DNA of 64,000 nt from Marispirochaeta sp. (GTDB lineage Bacteria; Spirochaetota; Spirochaetia; JC444; Marispirochaetaceae), in contig CAXXFF010000004.1 in assembly GCA_963676835.2 (NCBI GenBank), positions 224,001-288,000 on the forward strand. Direction: 5' to 3'. Every line of letters begins with the position of its first letter. Positions within the stretch are counted from its first letter, which is position 1. Positions 57,666-64,000 of this stretch are shown in pieces. The notes under the pieces were generated by a model. That model searched no databases and had not been told where the DNA came from. It saw only the letters and a program-made list of their open reading frames with translations. The translations under genes were made by a program, and so were the position numbers.

Positions 57666-58997
57666 CTACTCCGTCGTGTCAGCAGGAAAGTTTGAAATCA
57701 GGGATTCCGGCCGCGTCCAGTTTTTAAGGGTATCTTCATCAATTTCAAGCAGCCCGGCTGCGCGGCGACTGAAATCGGCAAGGTCTGAAGGAGGATCAGT
57801 CAGAATACCCTCCACCAGCGGTTTGAGCCGGTGATATCCTACCCTTGGCATCAGAGCATTGAGCATGGCCGGGGAAGCTGCAAGATTGCGCTCCATCCGC
57901 CGGGTATCCACAGTCATTTCGTTAAGAAACCGCAGCAGTGATTCTGCTGCCTGTATCAGCAGACTGCAGCTGTTGAGCAGGCTCTCTGCAAGAAAGGGCA
58001 GCATTGCATTCAGCTGCATCCGGGAATCCCGGGCATATACGGCTGCAAGCCGGCCTTCGGCATCCGCCCTCAGGGCAAGCCCCCGGGAAAACTCAAGCAG
58101 CACCGGATTAACCTTTACGGGCATAATGCTGGAGCCCCACTGCAGTTCCGGGTGACGGATTTCCCCCACCACAGAGCTGGAATAAAAAAGGAGATCGTCG
58201 CAGATGGTAAGCAGGTTCCCTGCTGCAAGGGAGTAGCCTGAACCAAGCTCAGCCAGGGCATCCTTGTGGGCGATTGCATCGGGAAGATTCTGGCTCCGCG
58301 CCAGGGGCAGTCCGCTTATGCGGCGGAGATTGCGCACAGCAGCATTGATGTACTCCGGTGGAGCATTGAAACAGGTACCTAGCGCCGTGCCTCCCAGGGA
58401 AATTTCCCGCACCCGTTCACTGAGTTTGGAAATCCGCCAGCGGTCCCGTTCAGCCATGCCCGCCCAGGACCCGAAAAGCTGTCCCGCACTTATGGGAAGG
58501 GCATCCTGCATCTCGGTACGTCCCGTCATAAGGGCCGTGTCATATTCAGTTTCAAGGGAAACAAGCTTCTCCTGAAGGGCAATTACCCTTTCTTCTGCTG
58601 CGGACAAGCCCCGGAAGGCGGCAATATTCACTGCAGTGGAAAAAACATCGTTGGTGGACTGATAGCGGGCAAGATCCTCCAGAGAGTCCGGCTTAGTCCC
58701 GGTTTTCTCCATTGCAAGGGCAGCAATAACCTCATTGAGATTCATATGTATGCTGGTTCCCGCTCCGCCCTGACGAAGACTTAAGGGGAAAAGCCCGTCA
58801 TGTTCTCCCCGGATAAGCTCCTCACAGCTTGCCTTTATTCCCTGCCAGAGGGAATCCTCCCAGCGCCGGTCATGGGACTGAACTGCCTCCAGGGCGGCAA
58901 GCTTCACCTCGGCCACAGCACGGATAATTTCAGCAGGAAGCCTGCCCGGGCCGAAGTTCGCCTGGGCCCTTGCGGTTTCCGGACCGGGCAGATTCAT
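57666..58997 (-). CDS. aspA: Aspartate ammonia-lyase/fumarase superfamily lyase
   Basis: QGGAGTSIHMNLNEV, QSTND, GRTEMQDA, GSSIMPVKVNP. Confidence 0.8.
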   Translation of the reverse strand: MNLPGPETARAQANFGPGRLPAEIIRAVAEVKLAALEAVQSHDRRWEDSLWQGIKASCEELIRGEHDGLFPLSLRQGGAGTSIHMNLNEVIAALAMEKTGTKPDSLEDLARYQSTNDVFSTAVNIAAFRGLSAAEERVIALQEKLVSLETEYDTALMTGRTEMQDALPISAGQLFGSWAGMAERDRWRISKLSERVREISLGGTALGTCFNAPPEYINAAVRNLRRISGLPLARSQNLPDAIAHKDALAELGSGYSLAAGNLLTICDDLLFYSSSVVGEIRHPELQWGSSIMPVKVNPVLLEFSRGLALRADAEGRLAAVYARDSRMQLNAMLPFLAESLLNSCSLLIQAAESLLRFLNEMTVDTRRMERNLAASPAMLNALMPRVGYHRLKPLVEGILTDPPSDLADFSRRAAGLLEIDEDTLKNWTRPESLISNFPADTTE

Positions 58998-60010
58998 ACG
59001 GGAATCTCCTTTCTGCAGACACGGCCGTCGGCCCGGTCAAAGCTCATTTCAAAGCCGGTGGATTTGATTCTCATATCAAGACAGCCAATGCACTGCAGGC
59101 CGTCTTCATCGAGACAGATTTTTCCGGGATAGAGGAGATAATCCTTCTTAACCTCAACGGGGGTCAGGTTGGGCATTACCACATTTGCTCCCCGGCGGAT
59201 CATCTCCTCCCGCCCGTTCGCAACAAGACTCCCTGCTGCGGTTGTGGCAGGAATATGAGCTTCCGGGCAGACCACCCTTAAAAACGCGGTGGTCCGCAGG
59301 GCGAGATCTATGGGTATCTGGGGTGCATCCTTGAGGGGCGTGTCCGGATGGGGAATAAAAGGTCCGATCCCCACCATATCCAGACCGATTTCAGCAGCCA
59401 TACGGACATTATTGACCACCGTATCTTCTGTCTCACCGGGCAGGCCTACCATAAATCCCGAACCGGTCTGAAAGCCTGTGCTCTTCAGATCATCCAGAGC
59501 CTGCAGGCGCCGGTCCAGGCTTACTCCGTCACGTAGGTACTTGTGCAGCGCCGGGTCGGCGGTTTCAAAGCGCAGAAGATAGCGGTCGGCCCCGGCTTTC
59601 TTAAGCTGGGCGTAGTGCTCCCGGGGCAGTATGCCGCAGCTCAATGTTACAGCCGCTTCATTGCCGGTGCGCTTTTTTATACCCGCAACAAGGCTGCCGA
59701 GTCTGTCGGTATTAAAATGGGAATCTTCACCACCCTGGAGCACAAAAGTCCTCAGGCCCCGGCGAAAGCCGGATTCAACAGCAGAGAACACCGCCTCATC
59801 ACTGAGGCGGTAGCGGTGAACATTTGTGTTATCCCGCCGGATACCGCAGTAAAGACAGCTGCAGCTGCAGTAGTTGGTGTATTCGATCAGCCCGCGGAGA
59901 AACACCTTCCCGCCGAATACCCGGCGGGAGATTGCTGCAGCCTCGGCGGAAAGCTCCACGTCCCTTCCCTGCCGAAACTTCAGTTCCGCAGCTCGAAAGG
60001 CATCAGACAT
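58994..60010 (-). CDS. hydE: [FeFe]-hydrogenase maturation radical SAM protein HydE
   Basis: RGLIEYTNYCSCSCLYCGIR, GIGPFIPHPDTP, GANVVMPNLTP, YPGKIC; ATG 60010 overlaps the hydG stop. Confidence 0.93.
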   Translation of the reverse strand: MSDAFRAAELKFRQGRDVELSAEAAAISRRVFGGKVFLRGLIEYTNYCSCSCLYCGIRRDNTNVHRYRLSDEAVFSAVESGFRRGLRTFVLQGGEDSHFNTDRLGSLVAGIKKRTGNEAAVTLSCGILPREHYAQLKKAGADRYLLRFETADPALHKYLRDGVSLDRRLQALDDLKSTGFQTGSGFMVGLPGETEDTVVNNVRMAAEIGLDMVGIGPFIPHPDTPLKDAPQIPIDLALRTTAFLRVVCPEAHIPATTAAGSLVANGREEMIRRGANVVMPNLTPVEVKKDYLLYPGKICLDEDGLQCIGCLDMRIKSTGFEMSFDRADGRVCRKEIPV

Positions 60011-61415
60011 AGAGATCCCGTTCTCCCTGTTCGATGGCGGCACTGTTTTTACGGATGAGATCAGCAATGGAATCGGACTGCTCATCGGCAATCTTTTCTA
60101 TCAGCACCTCACCTTTTTTCTGCAGGTCCTCAGGTGCATAGTCCTTGAGGTACTCCGCAAAGGTTGCAAGGCCGTTGGGAAGACAGTACTGCTTTATGAG
60201 CCCCGGCTTGGCAAGATCCATAAAATCCGCCCCGGTTCGCCCCTTTCGGTAGCAGCCGGTACAGAAGGAGGGAACCAGGCCGTTATCCGCAAGATCATCG
60301 ATAACCTCTGCAAGATTACGGTGATCGCCAAGAGAAAACTGGCTGTGGCTGAACTCCTCGGTTTCACTCTTGGCGCCGCCGTAGCCGCCGGGGCTTGTGC
60401 TGGAGCCTGCGGAAACCTGGCTTATACCGTAGCGGAACAGCTCGCTGCGCATTTCGGTTGATTCCCGGGTGGAGAGAATAATGCCGGTATAGGGCAGAGT
60501 AAGCCGCAATACAGCAACAATTTTCTTGAATTCCTCGTCGGAAACCGGATGAGGAACGCTTTCGCTTATGGGCGCTCCGGAGGCAGGCTCCATTCTGGGC
60601 ACGCTGACGGTATGGCAGCCGCAGCCGAATTTCTTCTCCAGGTGGTTGGCGTGCATCAGCATTGCAAGGGTATCCTTGCGGTAGTCCGCAAGGCCGTAGA
60701 GAACTCCCAGACCTACGTCGTCTATTCCGGCCTCCATGGCCCTATCCATAACCTCAACCCGCCAGTTGAAATCAGCCTTGGGGCCTGTAGGATGATACTG
60801 CTTATAGAGTTCGGGATCATAGGTTTCCTGGAAACAGGTGTAGGTACCGATATTGGCGGTTTTGAGCTTTCTGAAGTTTTCCACCGACATGGGAGCAAGT
60901 TCGACATTAATGCGGCGGATGGAAGAGCCCTTTTCATCCTTAACGCCGTACATGGTTTCAATCGCCTTGACGGTGTAATCGATGGAGTACTCTCCTGCTT
61001 CTCCGGTAAGCAGGAGCAGACGCTTGTGTCCCTGCTTGAGAAGGGTCAGAGTTTCGGCGGCAATCTGTTCAGTGTTGAGTGTTGTGCGGTGCAGCTCTTT
61101 ATTGCTTTTGCGGAATCCGCAGTAGAGACAGTCGTTGCAGCATTTATTACCCGCATACAGGGGAGCAAAGAGGACCATCCTGGGCCCGTAGATCTCCTGC
61201 TTAACAAAAGCCGCCGTCTCAAGCAGGTCCTTTACCGCGGCATCTCCGGTACATGCAAGCAGTTCTGAAGCCTCTTCAAGGGTCAGTCCTTTCAGCTTGC
61301 GGGCTTTGGCAAGGATCTCAGCTCTCCGCTCCGCTGCAGGTTCCGCTGCTGTTCCGAGTTTTTCTATTACATCAAAATCAATCTGTTCACATTTTACCGC
61401 CGTTGTCGTGGTCAT
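60003..61415 (-). CDS. hydG: [FeFe]-hydrogenase maturation radical SAM protein HydG
   Basis: LFAPLY..CCNDCLYCGF, FQETY, HTVSVPR, C-terminal PSFCTGC-x22-C auxiliary cluster, GERDLY. Confidence 0.96.
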   Translation of the reverse strand: MTTTTAVKCEQIDFDVIEKLGTAAEPAAERRAEILAKARKLKGLTLEEASELLACTGDAAVKDLLETAAFVKQEIYGPRMVLFAPLYAGNKCCNDCLYCGFRKSNKELHRTTLNTEQIAAETLTLLKQGHKRLLLLTGEAGEYSIDYTVKAIETMYGVKDEKGSSIRRINVELAPMSVENFRKLKTANIGTYTCFQETYDPELYKQYHPTGPKADFNWRVEVMDRAMEAGIDDVGLGVLYGLADYRKDTLAMLMHANHLEKKFGCGCHTVSVPRMEPASGAPISESVPHPVSDEEFKKIVAVLRLTLPYTGIILSTRESTEMRSELFRYGISQVSAGSSTSPGGYGGAKSETEEFSHSQFSLGDHRNLAEVIDDLADNGLVPSFCTGCYRKGRTGADFMDLAKPGLIKQYCLPNGLATFAEYLKDYAPEDLQKKGEVLIEKIADEQSDSIADLIRKNSAAIEQGERDLYV

Positions 61416-61671
61416 CCTGTTCCTCCCGAAAATTGGTTAGAACGGATTTCACCTGCACCCGGTCAAGACGACCCAGCTTCCCTGTAAGAGCCCCGATTTC
61501 ATCGGTGGACCCTTCGACAACCAGCGAGATAACATGAATACCTTTGTCACGCAGGGGCAGCCCCTGGCGCGCCAGAATCAATTCACCGAAATCCGACAGC
61601 AGGGTGTTCATTCCCCGGACGGAATCCTTTGACTCCAGCAGTATCGTTACGACTCCCAGCCGCTTTTCCAT
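61387..61671 (-). CDS. TM1266-family iron-only hydrogenase system regulator (ACT-like)
   Basis: MEKRLGVVTI...ILARQGLP...ISLVVEGSTDEIGALTGKLG..VQVKS; first gene of the hyd operon. Confidence 0.88.
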   Translation of the reverse strand: MEKRLGVVTILLESKDSVRGMNTLLSDFGELILARQGLPLRDKGIHVISLVVEGSTDEIGALTGKLGRLDRVQVKSVLTNFREEQDDHDNGGKM

Positions 61672-61692
61672 CAGTACGCAACCTCCGGATCA

Positions 61693-61750
61693 GGTCAGGA
61701 AAGAGTGGACCACCTTGAGGGACCGTGATCCGCTCTCAGTGTTCCTGACC
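61693..61750 (-). promoter_or_regulatory. Long stem-loop immediately upstream of the hyd operon RBS
   Basis: GGTCAGGAA/TTCCTGACC outer stem plus AGAGCGGATCAC/GTGGTCCACTCT inner stem. Confidence 0.55.
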
Positions 61751-61963
61751 AAAATAGTACACTTGTACGGATTTGTCAATATAGTGATAAATTTTTATTT
61801 ATTGTGATTTGCATAACAATAAACAATCTCATTATCAGCCTGTAACAAGACATTTACGGAAGTATACCGGCTTCAGAGAGAGTCCGCAACGGATAAACGG
61901 ATGCGGAAGAAAATCCATACCGATCTACAGTTTACTACTGTCCGGGACAAGTAGCACTCTCTC

Positions 61964-63250
61964 TTACCTGAGACTGGGAACGGTAATGCAGCCGTCGGGA
62001 AGTACAATCACTTTGGGTTCCGCCACACCTGCCTGCTTTGCCCGTTCAAGCGCAGCATTTAAGGCCTGCTGTATATCTTCCGCAGGCTCTATGAACATGC
62101 TTGCAAGCCGTTCATCAGTAAGCTCGGTTTTCGCAGTAACCCTTGCCCGCGCGGAAACTTCCGCCATCTTGGCAGCCTTATGATATCCAAGTACATAGCC
62201 TTCGCTTATAGTTCGCAGGGCCTCTTCCGGTGAAGAAGTGGACGCCAGAAGGTTTGCATAGGCCTCATCGCCGATCCCGTCCCGGCAGGATGAAACAAGA
62301 ATAAGGGTGCCGCCGTCTTTGAGTGCAAGAGCTCCATTATCGATGGCCTTCTGGGACTGGTAAAGGTCTATATCCATGGGGAATTTGGCTATGGAGATGA
62401 CCACATCCGCCTTTTCCGGAATATCCACACAGAAAATTGACCGTGCTGTATCAATTGCAGCAACAAAAGAGCCGTAAAGATCCCCCGCGGTTGCCGCAGC
62501 AACACGCTGTTCACCGTCAAGAACGGTCATTACAGCGAATACCGGAGCATGGATATGTGTAAGAGCATCTATCATATCCTCATGCACCGGATTGCCCTCC
62601 AGGGCAAGGGCCTTTGCTTCCGGATTCAGAGCCAGCTTATGATTGGCTTCTATGGTTTCATATGCAGCAACACCGGGGAGAAAGGCCTTGCGGCCGCCGG
62701 TAAATCCGGCAAAATAGTGGGGCTCCACACTGCCGGTAACCAGAATGCGGTCGGCCTCGAAAACCGCCTTGTTCAGCAGAATAGGAGTGCCGTTACGGGT
62801 TTCTCCAACCTTCTGCATTGCACCAGTATCCCTTGCCTCATGGGCCAGGCAGCAGCCCCTCAAGGTGTCGAAATGAGGCCCCAGAATCTGGCGGTATTCA
62901 TCTTCCGTGGGTGCCCGGTGAGCCCCGGTGGCGACAATAACGGTTATTCCGTCTGGTTCTATGCCTTGTGAAGAAAGTGCCGGGACCAGCAGGTCCAGCA
63001 TGGCCTCGGTAGGTGTAGGCCGGGTGGCATCGTTTACTATTATCAGTACCCGGGATGCCCCTTCAAGAAAACTCTCAAGCTTCTGCCCGGGAGCGCCTTC
63101 GGCATTCAGAGGAACAGAGACAGCCTTCGCAAGGATTTCCCCGGCGGTACCTTCAAGATGGAACTCATTCGGCTCCGCTTCAAGGAGCAGATTTTCATCG
63201 GGGATTTCTATAGATAAGGTCTGGTTAAGATAGGGTATATCAAGCGTCAC
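61964..63250 (-). CDS. larA: Nickel-pincer-dependent lactate racemase family protein LarA
   Basis: NDATRPTP, ATGAHR, EPHYFAGFTGGRK, ANH, DLYQSQKA; GTG start after GGAG. Confidence 0.9.
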   Translation of the reverse strand: MTLDIPYLNQTLSIEIPDENLLLEAEPNEFHLEGTAGEILAKAVSVPLNAEGAPGQKLESFLEGASRVLIIVNDATRPTPTEAMLDLLVPALSSQGIEPDGITVIVATGAHRAPTEDEYRQILGPHFDTLRGCCLAHEARDTGAMQKVGETRNGTPILLNKAVFEADRILVTGSVEPHYFAGFTGGRKAFLPGVAAYETIEANHKLALNPEAKALALEGNPVHEDMIDALTHIHAPVFAVMTVLDGEQRVAAATAGDLYGSFVAAIDTARSIFCVDIPEKADVVISIAKFPMDIDLYQSQKAIDNGALALKDGGTLILVSSCRDGIGDEAYANLLASTSSPEEALRTISEGYVLGYHKAAKMAEVSARARVTAKTELTDERLASMFIEPAEDIQQALNAALERAKQAGVAEPKVIVLPDGCITVPSLR

Positions 63251-63406
63251 AGCGGTCTCCTGTTGCCATAAAAAGGTCTATTTATTATACATAAAAACAA
63301 TAATTATCGAAGAGGCTTATTCCAAAAATATTGCAAACCTGTCACTTGTATGTTAACATACTTCCACTTGAAACTAACCGACAAAGTCGAAAAAAGGAGC
63401 ACATAG

Positions 63407-64000
63407 ATGAGAGCTTTACAGCTGACCGAATACAACAAGCTGGAGATGGTAGACGTCCCCAAACCCGAACCGAAAGAGAAAGAAGTACTTATTAAAGTAG
63501 AAGCCTGCGGAATCTGCGGCAGCGATATTCACGGAGTAGACGGAAGCACAGGACGACGGATTCCTCCTGTAATCATGGGCCATGAGGCAAGCGGAGTAAT
63601 CGAAAAACTCGGACCGGGAATCAAGAACTACAAGGTCGGCGACCGGGTAGCCTTCGACTCCACCATCTACTGCGGCGAGTGCCGTTACTGCCGTGAGGGT
63701 GCGGTAAACTTCTGCGAAAACCGCCAGGTTCTCGGTGTATCCTGCGACGAGTTCCACCGTGACGGTGCTTTCGCAGAGTTTGTTACCGTACCTGAAATTG
63801 TACTCTACCCGATGCCCGATGAAGTTACCTTCGAACAGGGCGCCATGCTGGAACCCCTGGCTATTGCCCTACACGCGGTGCGCATTACCCCAATTACCAT
63901 CGGTGATACAGCCCTCCTTATGGGTGCTGGAATCATTGGTCTCATGACCCTGCAGGCCCTGAAGAATGCGGGTTGTACAAAAATCTACGTTGCCGATGTT
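63407..64000 (+). CDS. Zn-dependent (MDR) sugar-alcohol dehydrogenase, 3' end off the window
   Basis: Read by hand: MRALQLTEYNKLEMV...ACGICGSDIHG...MGHEASG...CGECRYC...C...GAGIIG; AAGGAG RBS; TTGCAA-17-TAACAT promoter at 63331-63359. Confidence 0.92.
   Translation, partial: MRALQLTEYNKLEMVDVPKPEPKEKEVLIKVEACGICGSDIHGVDGSTGRRIPPVIMGHEASGVIEKLGPGIKNYKVGDRVAFDSTIYCGECRYCREGAVNFCENRQVLGVSCDEFHRDGAFAEFVTVPEIVLYPMPDEVTFEQGAMLEPLAIALHAVRITPITIGDTALLMGAGIIGLMTLQALKNAGCTKIYVADV

Noticed and set aside
63416..63757. Minus-strand 113-aa ORF
   Set aside because: Antisense to the real plus-strand Zn-dehydrogenase starting at 63407.
1..64000. tRNA/rRNA genes, IS transposases, prophage or known defence operons
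   Set aside because: No recognisable signatures; intergenic gaps are short and explained by promoters and terminators. A tRNAscan/Rfam run would be needed to exclude small RNAs.

Overview
Bacterial chromosomal window, probably from an anaerobic free-living spirochaete (Spirochaetaceae-like). This is inferred from protein style, e.g. 'AEGSKE/AEGAKE' solute-binding-protein N-termini, and from the [FeFe]-hydrogenase maturases. About 56 kb is a dense organic-acid/sugar-acid catabolic region. It holds four tripartite tricarboxylate transporters (TctCBA), two TRAP systems, and two cytoplasmic Cys-type sulfatases with an anaerobic sulfatase maturase and a TauE exporter. It also has two paralogous modules, each with a 2-hydroxyacid dehydrogenase, a DHDPS-family aldolase, a TTT and a LarA/DUF2088 homologue. 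A DUF1537 kinase-PdxA2-Fe-ADH operon, SDRs/GarR and a pair of URO-D/MtaA-family enzymes complete the set. Regulation is readable from the DNA: four sigma54 (-24/-12) promoters with two different enhancer motifs, LacI/FadR/GntR-type operators and several apparently leaderless genes. At 48.6-49.8 kb a DUF559 endonuclease gene sits in an array of C-rich REP-like hairpins, including a 284-bp tandem duplication. The right end carries a TM1266-hydG-hydE-aspA-hydF maturation operon with a structured leader, a canonical larA and a partial Zn-dependent dehydrogenase. I saw no rRNA, tRNA, CRISPR array or transposase. All calls come from visual motif recognition; no searches were run.
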